Part shown: piece after piece, positions 29,467 to 39,577 of the stretch
Layout: the number at the start of each line of letters is the position of its first letter
Numbering within the stretch: the stretch's first letter is position 1
Origin: an archaeon
GTDB lineage: Archaea > Undinarchaeota > Undinarchaeia > Undinarchaeales > JBDRKL01
Assembly (NCBI GenBank): GCA_043814055.1
Contig: JBDRKL010000009.1
Location: 1 to 64,000, forward strand
Direction: 5' to 3'
DNA length: 64,000 bases
Translations under genes and position numbers: made by a program
The notes under the pieces: model-generated
Told to the model about the DNA's origin: nothing
What the model saw: the letters and a program-made list of their open reading frames with translations, nothing else
The model's database searches: none

Positions 29467-30051
29467 TTACTTCTTTTCCGATTTTGCCGCTGCCGGCTTT
29501 GACTCTTCTTTCTTTCCTTCGGCTTTTGGCTGATGGGACTTTGCCCTCTGCTCTTGCTTGAACTTTTCATGACCAGGGAGTGCTATCTTCTCCTTTCTCG
29601 GAGCTTCCTTATAAACCGCCTCTTTCTTTACTTTCGGCGTTTTGTAAACCACATAAGCCACATTGTCCAAGAGCTTCTGCCCCTGCGGGGTGATGCTCCT
29701 GCCTTTCTTGGAGTTTTTCACGTAGCCTGCGAGCTCAAGCTGCTTCATAAGCGCCCTGATAATTGAGCCTGACGCTTTTCTGTGCTCTTCCGGCTTTACC
29801 CCGCGGTTCCTTGCCCCGCCGTATTCTGTCCTTAGCCTTGAAACACCAACAGGACCTCTTACGTAAATCTTGCGCAGCATTGAAGCGGCGCGGATATACC
29901 AAAAGTCCGGCTGCTCAGGCGGCCTCTCGCAGTGCGCTCCGCTCTTGGCGAACTGCGCCCACTCCGGCGGCTTTATCTGCTCGTTCTTCTTCAGCTCTTC
30001 TTTTACCGCATTGATTAAGTCCAATGCGTCAACATCGTTTACATTTACCAT
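29467..30051 (-). CDS. rps19e: 30S ribosomal protein eS19
   Basis: PPEWAQFAKSG..WYIRAASMLRK..GSIIR..QLE. Confidence 0.96.
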   Translation of the reverse strand: MVNVNDVDALDLINAVKEELKKNEQIKPPEWAQFAKSGAHCERPPEQPDFWYIRAASMLRKIYVRGPVGVSRLRTEYGGARNRGVKPEEHRKASGSIIRALMKQLELAGYVKNSKKGRSITPQGQKLLDNVAYVVYKTPKVKKEAVYKEAPRKEKIALPGHEKFKQEQRAKSHQPKAEGKKEESKPAAAKSEKK

Positions 30052-30124
30052 TTTTATTCCTGTAACCCTAATTAACTGGAAATCGTGCTTTATGAAATGG
30101 GTTAAGTAATATATAAAAGCATCT

Positions 30125-30688
30125 TTGAATAATCAAACAAAGATGGAGATTAAGAAGTTTAGTAAAAAAGGCATAGAGAAGCGTTTTGCTAAACTTTCAG
30201 AGGATTACATAAAATTTCTCAAAGAAGCCGGGGAATTCACGAATAAATTTAACGCAAAGGAGAGCATACGGGACTCAAGCGTCATTTTTGCAGCGTATTG
30301 GTTTGGTGACATAATTGGGTGGGTTACTTTAATAGAGAAAGACAGTCCATTATATGAAAGATACTATGCGGAAGTCAAAGCGGAAAAGTTTCTCCCTAAG
30401 AAAGATATTGCATTTGGAGCGGACCTTTTAGTCCATCCAAAACACAGAGAAGGGAAATTGGAGATAGAACTCTATCAAAAACACGTCAAGGATGCCATAA
30501 AGAGAAATCTTGTTTTTGTTGATATTGTAAATTTTGACAAAGTTGAAATGTACACTAAAGCAGTGAATGAGAAAGACATGACTCTGGATTATACAGGGTT
30601 AGTATCAAATAGGAGCATTTTAAAAGAGGAAGAAGTGCTTATTTGCATAAAGAAGAAGATTAAACGAAAAAGAAAGAAGCGGAAATAA
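30125..30688 (+). CDS. Hypothetical AT-rich protein, possible GNAT fold
   Basis: LLVHPKHREGK resembles GNAT motif A. Confidence 0.5.
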   Translation: MNNQTKMEIKKFSKKGIEKRFAKLSEDYIKFLKEAGEFTNKFNAKESIRDSSVIFAAYWFGDIIGWVTLIEKDSPLYERYYAEVKAEKFLPKKDIAFGADLLVHPKHREGKLEIELYQKHVKDAIKRNLVFVDIVNFDKVEMYTKAVNEKDMTLDYTGLVSNRSILKEEEVLICIKKKIKRKRKKRK

Positions 30689-30997
30689 TTATTTCTTATA
30701 CGGAATCCGCATTACTTCACCGCATTCCTCGCAGTGAATTACAAGATGAGGGAAGCGGTTTTGGTTCAGCCTGACCTTGCAGTTCTTGCCCATTTTCAGG
30801 TACGCGTGGCAGTGCTTGCAGTATTTGCGCTTGTATTCCTTTGAGATTCGCACGCGGTATTTCATCCCGATTTTTCTTGCCAGCTCAACATAGCGGTTGG
30901 CGTGCTCTGAGCTTCCCTCAGCTTCCTTGAATAAAATTTCAATCCGCTCAGCTGCGATAGACTTCTGCGCAGGGGATTTCTTGAATCTTCGTTTCAT
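30689..30997 (-). CDS. rnp4: RNase P protein Rpp21
   Basis: IAAERIEIL..RYVELARKI..CKHC..CEECG..RIPY. Confidence 0.93.
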   Translation of the reverse strand: MKRRFKKSPAQKSIAAERIEILFKEAEGSSEHANRYVELARKIGMKYRVRISKEYKRKYCKHCHAYLKMGKNCKVRLNQNRFPHLVIHCEECGEVMRIPYKK

Positions 30998-30998
30998 C

Positions 30999-31229
30999 TC
31001 AGGAGTTCGCAACAGCCATCAGGTCGCGCTCTTGCTTGGTGACTTTCTTCCAGCACTTCTTGCAGTAGCGCTCGTTCTTCCACTGGCGCGAGCAGGACTT
31101 GTGCATTGGTTTTTCGCAGTTTTTGCACACGAGGTCCGGGTTTGCTCCTGCGCAGGTCACGCAATTTGAGCTTTCGCTCGGCTGTTCAGATTCCTCTGCT
31201 TCTTTTTTCTTGAATAGGTTTAGAGCCAT
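30999..31229 (-). CDS. Small zinc-finger protein
   Basis: CxxC, CxxC, HxxC, CxxC pattern. Confidence 0.65.
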   Translation of the reverse strand: MALNLFKKKEAEESEQPSESSNCVTCAGANPDLVCKNCEKPMHKSCSRQWKNERYCKKCWKKVTKQERDLMAVANS

Positions 31230-31323
31230 AAGATAGAATAGATTAGCAGGATATTAAAGCTTAGCATTGAGCGCCCGATAGAAAACATATAAATCACCTA
31301 ATAGAAAAGAACCAGAGGTTAAA

Positions 31324-31608
31324 ATGAAAGTAAAAGAACTAATGGACAGAATCCCTGTGGACGAGATAACGCTGAAGATAACTGACAAGCAGGAGCCGCG
31401 CAAAATACCAGGCAAAACGCTCACGGTCTGCGAGTGCACAGGCGAGGACGACACAGGCAAGGTTATAGTGACGCTTTGGAACGACGAGATTCGCCTGATT
31501 GACATAGATGACACTGTAAAAATCACCAAGGGCTGGGCGTCCAGGTATGATGACGAGTTAACGGTTTCAGCCGGCAAGTTTGGGAAGATTGAAGTTGTGG
31601 ATGAGTAG
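31324..31608 (+). CDS. Single OB-fold ssDNA-binding protein, paralog 2
   Basis: Highly similar to 12169..12492 (VDEITLKIT, CTGEDDTG, ITKGWA, GKFGKIEV). Confidence 0.88.
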   Translation: MKVKELMDRIPVDEITLKITDKQEPRKIPGKTLTVCECTGEDDTGKVIVTLWNDEIRLIDIDDTVKITKGWASRYDDELTVSAGKFGKIEVVDE

Positions 31609-31697
31609 AGAAAAGATATTAAAAAAATAAACCCACAATAGTTAAGAAAAGTATAAAAGAACAGCAATAAATAAACAGATAAGGGGTAGGCAAAAGA

Positions 31698-32519
31698 ATG
31701 ATGGAATCATACTACGAAAAACCAGGATTTAAGCTATATCACTCGGATTCGTTTGAACTTTTGAAGGATTTGCCAGAGAATTCTGTAGATATGATTTTTG
31801 CCGATCCACCATATTTCCTTTCAAACGGCAGTTTCACATGTCAAAATGGAAAAATGGTTAGCGTAAAGAAAGGAAATTGGGACATGGGCAATGGCACAAA
31901 ACAAGATTTTGATTTTCATTTGGATTGGCTAAACGCTTGCAGGAGAGTCCTAAAGCCAAATGGAACAATTTGGATTAGCGGAACATACCACTCAATTTAC
32001 CAGTGCGGCTTTGCACTACAAATGAATAATTTCCACATTTTGAATGATATTGCCTGGTTTAAGCCTAACGCCTCACCTAATTTGAGCTGCAGATTCTTTA
32101 CCGCTAGCCACGAAACCCTAATTTGGGCTCGCAAGAATAAGGAAGCAAAGCACACTTTTAATTATGATATTACTAAAACCGGAAACTGGCCTGAAGACCA
32201 GTTAAAAAAAGAGGGGTTACAGATGCGCTCTGTTTGGTCAATACCAACGCCCAAGCCACAGGAGAAAACCTTCGGCAAACACCCAACGCAAAAGTCATTG
32301 GATCTGCTGAGAAGAATTGTATTAGCAAGCACTAACAAGGGCGATTTGATTCTTGATCCTTTTACAGGAAGCTCCACAACAGGTCTGGCTGCCCATATGT
32401 ATGGAAGGGATTTTATTGGAATTGACAATGAACAAAAATATCTAGATCTATCCATTAAACGCTTTGAAGAACTGGAAAATAATCTAAAAAAAGAGAAAAC
32501 CACCGGCGGTTTGATATGA
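31698..32519 (+). CDS. Beta-class adenine DNA methyltransferase (DpnA/MboIB-like)
   Basis: IFADPPYFLSNG, ISGTYH, HPTQK, LDPFTGSSTTG. Confidence 0.9.
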   Translation: MMESYYEKPGFKLYHSDSFELLKDLPENSVDMIFADPPYFLSNGSFTCQNGKMVSVKKGNWDMGNGTKQDFDFHLDWLNACRRVLKPNGTIWISGTYHSIYQCGFALQMNNFHILNDIAWFKPNASPNLSCRFFTASHETLIWARKNKEAKHTFNYDITKTGNWPEDQLKKEGLQMRSVWSIPTPKPQEKTFGKHPTQKSLDLLRRIVLASTNKGDLILDPFTGSSTTGLAAHMYGRDFIGIDNEQKYLDLSIKRFEELENNLKKEKTTGGLI

Positions 32520-33433
32520 AAAAAATTGAATTTTATGAAAAGACGCTAAAATGCAACACAGCGGATGAAGTTTTTAACCACATTATTTCAACTTTTAAAC
32601 CAAGCATACTTACATGGTCTTATTTTGTGAATTGGGATAAGGTTTTTCAGAACACGAAAGATATTGAGATAGGGCTTAACAAACTAAATTATCTAATCGG
32701 CAAAGAGGATTTTGATAAAGAATTCAGATATCTAATAAAAAAAGAGGCAGAGCTTCTAAAAATCATTCCAGCACTGGTTGTGAGGGATGGTCAGAACACT
32801 TTAAAATTCAAAATTTTGGTTGATTACAGTCAAAAAAAGATGGTGTATGAAGAATATGACTTTAACAAAGATACTTTAACAGACGAGAATATTGAAAAGT
32901 GCCTGACTTTTGTTAAGGAAACTGGCTTGAAAAAATTGATTACCTCCGGAAGTATCAAAAATTTAGTGGATTATATGATTGGGGTTGAGGCAGGATTGGA
33001 CAGCAATGGACGAAAAAACCGTTCCGGCAGTGCAATGGAAAACATTGTTGAAATGTTCATAAAAGACATTTGCAACAGGAAGAACTTCAGATATTTAAGG
33101 CAGGCAGATGCAAAAAAGATCAAAGAAGAGTTTGGATACGATGTCCCGGTTGACAAGTCATCAAGAAGGTATGATTTTGTAATTGACACTGGAAAAGAGC
33201 TTGTCCTTTTTGAAACAAACTTTTACGGCGGCGGTGGCTCAAAACTAAAATCAACAGCAGGCGAGTACAGAAATCTGTTTGACATACTTGAAGACAAATA
33301 CAAATTTATTTGGATTACAGACGGACTTGGCTGGAAAACAACTCAAAAACCGTTGCGAGAAACATTTGAGCATAATGATTATCTGTTTAATTTGGATATG
33401 CTGGAAAAAAAGGTATTAGATGTAGTGTTGTAG
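32516..33433 (+). CDS. DpnII/MboI-family type II restriction endonuclease
   Basis: GVEAGLDSNGRKNRSG..ME, YDFVI, ETNFYGGGGSKL, WITDGLGW. Confidence 0.9.
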   Translation: MKKIEFYEKTLKCNTADEVFNHIISTFKPSILTWSYFVNWDKVFQNTKDIEIGLNKLNYLIGKEDFDKEFRYLIKKEAELLKIIPALVVRDGQNTLKFKILVDYSQKKMVYEEYDFNKDTLTDENIEKCLTFVKETGLKKLITSGSIKNLVDYMIGVEAGLDSNGRKNRSGSAMENIVEMFIKDICNRKNFRYLRQADAKKIKEEFGYDVPVDKSSRRYDFVIDTGKELVLFETNFYGGGGSKLKSTAGEYRNLFDILEDKYKFIWITDGLGWKTTQKPLRETFEHNDYLFNLDMLEKKVLDVVL

Positions 33434-33444
33434 GAGAGTAAGAG

Positions 33445-33516
33445 TGGACCCGGCCCGGATTGAACGGGCGACCTCTGCCATGTGAGGGCAGTGTCATACC
33501 ACTAGACCACGGGTCC
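33445..33516 (-). tRNA. tRNA-Val(CAC)
   Basis: GGACCCG/CGGGTCC acceptor, CTGCC-CTCACAT-GGCAG anticodon arm; CCA not encoded. Confidence 0.93.
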
Positions 33517-33544
33517 AACGGCATACAAATCAGCTAGAATCTAT

Positions 33545-34111
33545 TTAAACCTTAGTTAGCTCAGCAAAATTCTTAAAAATCTCCGCCCCGTGCTCTGTGT
33601 GCTGGACTTCAGGGTGGAATTGCACGCCGAATATTGGTTTTGACACGTGCCTGATTGCCTCGTAGGGGCAGTCCTTTGAATGCGCCAGAGCCTTGAGCTG
33701 GTCAGAGATTGCGGTTACTTCGTCATTGTGCGAGTTCCATACCTTTATTGTGCTCGGCAGGCCTTTGAAGAGCTCGTCGGGCTCGTCGATTATTAGTTCT
33801 GTAATGCCGTACTCAGGAGTTCCCGCGGGTTTTGCCTCCCCGCCGAAGTGCTTTGCGATTAACTGGTGTCCTGCGCACATGCCGAGTATTGGGCCGTTGA
33901 ACTTGTCCAGGTATAACTCGCAGTTGCCCATGCCGAATTCTTCACCGCCGCCAACGCTCAACCCAGAGCCGGAGAACGCGACTGCATCCGCGCTGAGCTC
34001 TTCAATCGGAGTTGTGTTCGGCAGGATTTCGGAGTCGTACTCTAAGTCCTGAAAAGTGCGCATAATGCGATGCGTGTACTGCCCTCCGTTGTCGATAACT
34101 GCGATGTTCAT
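33545..34111 (-). CDS. guaAA: GMP synthase glutamine amidotransferase subunit A
   Basis: IDNGGQY, GMCAGHQ, VQFHPEV. Confidence 0.93.
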   Translation of the reverse strand: MNIAVIDNGGQYTHRIMRTFQDLEYDSEILPNTTPIEELSADAVAFSGSGLSVGGGEEFGMGNCELYLDKFNGPILGMCAGHQLIAKHFGGEAKPAGTPEYGITELIIDEPDELFKGLPSTIKVWNSHNDEVTAISDQLKALAHSKDCPYEAIRHVSKPIFGVQFHPEVQHTEHGAEIFKNFAELTKV

Positions 34112-34115
34112 TTTA

Positions 34116-35075
34116 TTATTCCCACTCAATAGTCCCCGGCGGCTTGTTCGTGATGTCATAAACCACGCGGTTCACGTCCTTCTTCAGCGTGTTCGTGATT
34201 CTTGTTGAAATACGCTCCATCAATTCAGGCGGAAACCTTGAAAAGTTCGCAGTCATCCCGTCCGCGCTCGCGACTGCGCGCAGGCCAATCACGTAGCCGT
34301 ATGTCCTCAAATCACCCTGCACCCCAACAGTCCGCACTGGAAGCAGAACCGCGAAGTACTGCCACGGTTCTTCAATCTCGCCGCGCTCTACTGCCTGTTT
34401 GATTTCATCTCGGTAAATATAATCTGCTTCCTGAAGAACTGCGGCTTTTTCAGGCGTAACCTCGCCCAAAATTCGTACTCCAAGCCCTGGACCTGGAAAT
34501 GGCTGTTTCTCGTAAAGCTCTTTCGGAACTCCGAGAGCTTCGCAGACCTGCCGCACCTCGTCCTTGTAAAGGTCGCGTAGCGGTTCTACGAGTTTAAGAT
34601 TCATTTTTTCAGGGAGTCCACCCACGTTGTGATGCGATTTAATATTGTCGCGCAGTCCACCCCCAGATTCAATCCAGTCAGGCGCGATTGTGCCTTGAAC
34701 TAAGTACTCAGCACCCACTGCTTTTGCCTTTTTCTCAAAAACTTCAATGAATTTGTTCCCGATAATCTTGCGCTTCTCTTCCGGCTCTGTTGCGCCCTTG
34801 AGCGCTGTGAAGAATAAATCTTTCTCATCCGCGAGCTCTGCGTTAACACCCATCATTTTGAGCGCTTCAACAACTTCAATGCTCTCGTTTTTCCTCATTA
34901 AGCCAGTGTCAACGTGAACTGCGTGCAATCTGTCACCAAGAGCTTTGGCGCACAATGCCGTGGCTGCTGTAGAATCAACCCCGCCTGAGACTGCGATTAT
35001 TGCCTTGCCTGGAGCTGGGATGTCCTGCTTGAGCTTGTTTATTGCTTTTTGAATAAATGCGTTTGGGTCTTTCAT
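34116..35075 (-). CDS. guaAB: GMP synthase ATPase subunit B
   Basis: SGGVDS, IKSHHNVGG, PFPGPGL, KPPGTIEWE. Confidence 0.96.
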   Translation of the reverse strand: MKDPNAFIQKAINKLKQDIPAPGKAIIAVSGGVDSTAATALCAKALGDRLHAVHVDTGLMRKNESIEVVEALKMMGVNAELADEKDLFFTALKGATEPEEKRKIIGNKFIEVFEKKAKAVGAEYLVQGTIAPDWIESGGGLRDNIKSHHNVGGLPEKMNLKLVEPLRDLYKDEVRQVCEALGVPKELYEKQPFPGPGLGVRILGEVTPEKAAVLQEADYIYRDEIKQAVERGEIEEPWQYFAVLLPVRTVGVQGDLRTYGYVIGLRAVASADGMTANFSRFPPELMERISTRITNTLKKDVNRVVYDITNKPPGTIEWE

Positions 35076-36064
35076 TAGTATACCGTGCCCTTGAACTTAA
35101 CGTGATTTCCGTTCACTGCCTTGCCCAAAATCATTGGCTGGTCTTTCTCAAGCAATCTGAGCGTTGGCTCAACATTACTCTCTGAAACCACTACGCAGAA
35201 GCCGATGCCCATGTTGAATGTCTTGTACATTTCGTCTTCAGGAATATTACCGCCGCGCTGGATTTTCTCAAATATCAGGTGCGGGTTGGGCCAGTTCTTT
35301 ACGTCAAAACCGATTTCCTTGTTTAATCTTTTCAGGTTCATCAGCCCACCACCGGTCATATGAGCCAATCCCTTTACCGGGACGTGGTTGAGCAGGTGGA
35401 GTATTTGTTTGACGTAAATCTTGGTTGGTGTCAAAAGTTCCGCGAGAATAGCTGTGTCATTCATGTCAAGAACTTTGCGCGCAAGCGTCAGCCCGTTTGA
35501 ATGAACCCCTGAGCTCTTCAGGCCGATGAGCACGTCGCCTTCCTTGATGTGCTCGCCTGTGATGACTTTGTCCTTGTCAATTATGCCGAGCGCGGTTCCT
35601 GCCAAATCATAGCCCTTGAGCATATCCGGCAGAGTCGCGGTTTCCCCGCCGATTACAGCAACCCCTGCCTGGTTCGCGCCGTCGCATATTCCGCGCATCA
35701 ATTGTTCAATTACAGCAGGCTCGTGCTTCTCCACCGCGAGATAGTCAACCATGGCAATTGGAGTTGCGCCAAGGCAGATTAAGTCGTTCACGTTCATCGC
35801 GACCATGTCTATGCCAACTGTGTCAAACTTGCCAAGCGCTTCAGCAACTAGCATTTTTGAGCCTACTCCGTCAGTGCACATCACAACTGCCTGGCCGTGG
35901 CCAACATCAACCAAATTAGCATAATGCCCCATTGAGGCCATCACCTTGTCAGGCTGGTTCTCAAAAGTGCTGGACAGCATCGCGGTTATCCTGCCGACTG
36001 AATCGTCCTCCTGTTTCCGGTCAACCCCTGCGTTCGCGTAGGTCCAGAAGTCGGTCAAAACCAA
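35075..36064 (-). CDS. purM: AIR synthetase
   Basis: [26 protein letters not shown]. Confidence 0.96.
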   Translation of the reverse strand: MVLTDFWTYANAGVDRKQEDDSVGRITAMLSSTFENQPDKVMASMGHYANLVDVGHGQAVVMCTDGVGSKMLVAEALGKFDTVGIDMVAMNVNDLICLGATPIAMVDYLAVEKHEPAVIEQLMRGICDGANQAGVAVIGGETATLPDMLKGYDLAGTALGIIDKDKVITGEHIKEGDVLIGLKSSGVHSNGLTLARKVLDMNDTAILAELLTPTKIYVKQILHLLNHVPVKGLAHMTGGGLMNLKRLNKEIGFDVKNWPNPHLIFEKIQRGGNIPEDEMYKTFNMGIGFCVVVSESNVEPTLRLLEKDQPMILGKAVNGNHVKFKGTVY

Positions 36065-36660
36065 TCACCTCTTCGCTCTTTCTTTTTTGGCTTTGGCGCT
36101 TCTTCAGTTGTTGAGCTTTCCTCGCTTCCGAAAAAGCCTCCAATATTAACTGGCTCGTCAGGCTTTGTGGAGCGCATGAAATCTGGAACATAGTCCGCGC
36201 TTGAGCTGGTTGAGCTTTCGTAAGAACGAGGACTCTCGTCAGAGTCAGATGACCGCTCTCTGAGAACCTCAGGATACTTTATCGCGAGTATGCGTATTGC
36301 AAGATACGCTGCGTTCTTGCCGTTGTCAATGCCTACTGTTGCAGTCGGGACACCTGGAGGCATTTGAACAATTGACAAAAGCGCGTCAAGCCCGCCGAGC
36401 TTGGAATCAACAGGCACTCCGATTACAGGCTTCGCGGTCATTGAAGCAACAACACCCGGCAACGCAGCTGCGAGGCCAGCGATGCATATGAAAACATCAG
36501 ACTCAGCGCTTCGCACAATATCCTTGACCTTATCTGGGTTGCGGTGCGCGGACGCGACCTGAAGGTCGTAGGGGATTGAATACTTCTCAAGAACCTCAAC
36601 AGCTTTGTCAGCGATGTGCTTGTCGCTTTCAGAGCCCATTAGGATTGTTACGTGTTTCAT
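36055..36660 (-). CDS. purE: AIR carboxylase/N5-CAIR mutase with acidic Ser-rich tail
   Basis: [25 protein letters not shown]. Confidence 0.95.
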   Translation of the reverse strand: MKHVTILMGSESDKHIADKAVEVLEKYSIPYDLQVASAHRNPDKVKDIVRSAESDVFICIAGLAAALPGVVASMTAKPVIGVPVDSKLGGLDALLSIVQMPPGVPTATVGIDNGKNAAYLAIRILAIKYPEVLRERSSDSDESPRSYESSTSSSADYVPDFMRSTKPDEPVNIGGFFGSEESSTTEEAPKPKKKERRGDWF

Positions 36661-36691
36661 AGGTTAGTCTATGCCTCCGTACTTATTAATA

Positions 36692-38014
36692 TTATCCACG
36701 CAGCTCTTTCATATGGTCAATGCGCTTCTGCACCAGCTCTGGCTTGCCAATGTCAGGCCTGTAGAACAATTTGTCGCACTGCACGGATGAGATTGCAGAC
36801 TCTGCGATTTTCTCAGCTTCTTCAATCGTGTCTGCGAAGCCTGTGATTCCAAATGAGCGCGATGTGCTTGTGTAAAGCTCGCCATCTTTCAGGTCAACTG
36901 AGGCGTAGTAGAGCTTTGCGCCGAGCCGCGTGATTTCTTCCTCGTCAATTGAGACCTTTGCGCCTGACTCAGGGCTCTCAGGGTAGCCTGTTGGGACAAG
37001 GTACTTGCAGACCGAGGCAAGATTTTCAAACTCAATAACTTTTGGCAAACTACCCTCAAGCATTGACTGGCACAGGAAGCTGAAATCGGTCTTGAGTAAT
37101 GGGAGAATGTTCATCGCTTCCGGGTCGCCGAAGCGCACGTTGTATTCAATAATTTTTGGTCCGTCCTTTGTGAGCATAAACTGCCCGTAGAGAACGCCCT
37201 TGTAAATTGTTCCGGTTCTTTTCTTCAGCGCAGCGATTGTGCGCTTCATAATGTCAAGCGCTTCGTCAACATCTTTCTGCTCAAGAAAAGGCAATAGGTG
37301 ATTTGCGTCAGAGTATGAGCCCATTCCGCCTGTCATCGGTCCTGTGTCGCCCTCGTGCGCCTGCTTGTGGTCCTGCACAAGTGGAAGCGGAACAACTTCT
37401 GTGCCGTCTGTGAAAACATGGAGCGTGAACTCCTCCCCAACGAGTTTTTCCTCAATTACCACAACGCCTGAGCCGCCAATTTGGTTCTCAACAACCTCAA
37501 GCGCGTAGTCCCGCGCCTCATACAAGTCCCTGAGCTGCTGACCCATGACCTTGACGCCCTTGCCGCCGGTGAGCCCTGCGGGCTTGATGACTATTTCTGT
37601 GTCAAATTCCTGAATCGCTTTGAGAACATCCTCGCGGTTGGAGCACACGCGGAACTTGGGGTAGCCGCCGTCAAGATGCTCCTGCATCAGGTCGCGGCAG
37701 AACGCCTTGTCAGACTCAAGCCGGGCTGCAGCGCTTGTCGGACCAACCACGCCAAAGCCGTTCTTCTGCAATTCATCCCCAACGCCTTTAGCAAGCGGGT
37801 CCTCAGGGCCGATGAAAATGTAGTCAGGCTTCACGTGGAGCGCGTATTTCAAAACTGCTTTTGAATTATTAATGTCGCCGAGTTCGTGACCTTTTGCAAG
37901 CGCCATTATGCCAGGGTTGCGGGCCTTCATAAACGCGTAGAGCTCTGAGCCCTTTGCCATCTGCTCAGCAAGCGCGTGTTCACGCGCTCCGTTGCCTATT
38001 AGGAGGGATTTCAA
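36692..38014 (-). CDS. purD: GAR synthetase
   Basis: GNGAREHA, GPE, GGKGV, TGGMG, EYNVRFGDPE. Confidence 0.96.
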   Translation of the reverse strand: MKSLLIGNGAREHALAEQMAKGSELYAFMKARNPGIMALAKGHELGDINNSKAVLKYALHVKPDYIFIGPEDPLAKGVGDELQKNGFGVVGPTSAAARLESDKAFCRDLMQEHLDGGYPKFRVCSNREDVLKAIQEFDTEIVIKPAGLTGGKGVKVMGQQLRDLYEARDYALEVVENQIGGSGVVVIEEKLVGEEFTLHVFTDGTEVVPLPLVQDHKQAHEGDTGPMTGGMGSYSDANHLLPFLEQKDVDEALDIMKRTIAALKKRTGTIYKGVLYGQFMLTKDGPKIIEYNVRFGDPEAMNILPLLKTDFSFLCQSMLEGSLPKVIEFENLASVCKYLVPTGYPESPESGAKVSIDEEEITRLGAKLYYASVDLKDGELYTSTSRSFGITGFADTIEEAEKIAESAISSVQCDKLFYRPDIGKPELVQKRIDHMKELRG

Positions 38015-38085
38015 AGCTTCACCGCCCTTAACAGCTTTGAAATAAACGCGAAGCTGTATAACAAATTTCTTGCTTTGCGTTTCAC
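38011..38085 (-). repeat. Family C element / 24-aa bridging mini-ORF between purF and purD
   Basis: GTGAAACGCAAAGCA..CAGCTTCGCGTTTATTTCAAAGCT..AGCTTTGA; TGA overlaps the purD TTG. Confidence 0.8.
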
Positions 38086-38086
38086 T

Positions 38087-39532
38087 TCAATTGTCCTCCC
38101 CGCGCTCGCACTTCCTGCACTTGTCAAGAAGGTCTGCGTATTTTTTAATATCAGTTGGGTATTCCCCGTTTAGGCAGGCAAGGCAGAGGTTTTCCTTTGG
38201 CATTCCGGTTGACTCCACGAGGCCGTCAATTGTCTGGTAAGTGAGGGAGTCTGCTCCGATTTTCTTTGCGATTTCATCAACCGACAGCCCAGAAGCTATG
38301 AGCTCATCCTTAGTTGGGAAGTCAACGCCGTAGTAGCACGGCTCTGTGAGCGGCGGGCAGGAGCTGAGGAAGTGTACTTCCTTTGCGCCGACTTCGCGGA
38401 GCATTTGGATTATGCGCTTTGAAGTTGTGCCGCGGACAATGCTGTCGTCAACGAGCGCAACGCGCTTCCCGCTGATTTCTTTGATTACAGGATTGAGCTT
38501 TGTGCGCACAGCGCTTTCCCTGTTTTTCTGAGTAGGCATTAAGAATGTTCTCCCCACGTAGCGGTTCTTGATAAGGCCTTCGCGATATGGGACTCCGATT
38601 TCAGTTGCAAAAGTTAGCGCAGCTGTTCGGGAAGTGTCTGGCGCAGGTATTACAACATCAACTTCAATCTTCTTTTTCATCCACTCCTTGGCAAGCATCC
38701 TGCCGAGCTCAAGCCGAGCTTCGTAAACGCCGTGCTTTTCTATAACAGAGTCAGGCCGTGCGAAGTAGACCCATTCAAACATGCAGTGCCTGCGCTGTTC
38801 TTTTTTTATGCTTTTTGTAGTGACTACTCCGTCCTTGGAAATGAACACTGCTTCGCCGGGCTCTAAATCTTTAACAACCTTGTAGCCGAGTACGTCAAGC
38901 ACAACGGTTTCGGATGCAAATATGTGTTGATCTTTTCCATCAACCACGCGCTTGCCCCAGATGATTGGCCTTATGCCGTGCGGGTCGCGGAAAGCGAGCA
39001 GGCCTTCGCGCGCGATAAGCGTTACTACAGAATAGCTACCGTTCAGGCGCTCCATTGTTTTTGAAATTGCGTCAAATATGATTTCAGGGTTGAGGCCGTT
39101 GCCGTTTGCTTTTGAAAGCTCGGTCGCGAAGAGCTTGAGTATGAGTTCAGCATCGCAGTTAGTGCGTATCTGCCTGTGGCACTCACCCATCAGGTGCTTG
39201 CGGAGCTCGTCGTAGTTCACTGTGTTTCCGTTGTGCGCCATCCCAATGCCATATGGGTAGCCGGTCTGGATTGGCTGGGCGTCCCTGCGCACGTCAGAGC
39301 CGATGGTGGGGTAGCGCACGTGGCCGATGCCAATATTGCCTTTGAGTTCGTGCAGGTTCACGCTGTTGAAGCATTCTGATACAAGCCCTGGGCCTTTCTT
39401 CATGTGAAGCGCATCACCATCAAAAGTTAGAATTCCACAGCCATCCTGCCCGCGGTGCTGTATCTGCAGCAATCCATTGAATAGCTCAAATGCAACATTT
39501 TCCGGGCCAATGATTCCTATAAATCCGCACAT
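38087..39532 (-). CDS. purF: Amidophosphoribosyltransferase
   Basis: MCG start, QHRGQD, VDDSIVRGTT. Confidence 0.97.
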   Translation of the reverse strand: MCGFIGIIGPENVAFELFNGLLQIQHRGQDGCGILTFDGDALHMKKGPGLVSECFNSVNLHELKGNIGIGHVRYPTIGSDVRRDAQPIQTGYPYGIGMAHNGNTVNYDELRKHLMGECHRQIRTNCDAELILKLFATELSKANGNGLNPEIIFDAISKTMERLNGSYSVVTLIAREGLLAFRDPHGIRPIIWGKRVVDGKDQHIFASETVVLDVLGYKVVKDLEPGEAVFISKDGVVTTKSIKKEQRRHCMFEWVYFARPDSVIEKHGVYEARLELGRMLAKEWMKKKIEVDVVIPAPDTSRTAALTFATEIGVPYREGLIKNRYVGRTFLMPTQKNRESAVRTKLNPVIKEISGKRVALVDDSIVRGTTSKRIIQMLREVGAKEVHFLSSCPPLTEPCYYGVDFPTKDELIASGLSVDEIAKKIGADSLTYQTIDGLVESTGMPKENLCLACLNGEYPTDIKKYADLLDKCRKCERGEDN

Positions 39533-39577
39533 GCCATTTCTCCGTGTTGTATTTTGATTCGTGGGTTATATATGTTG

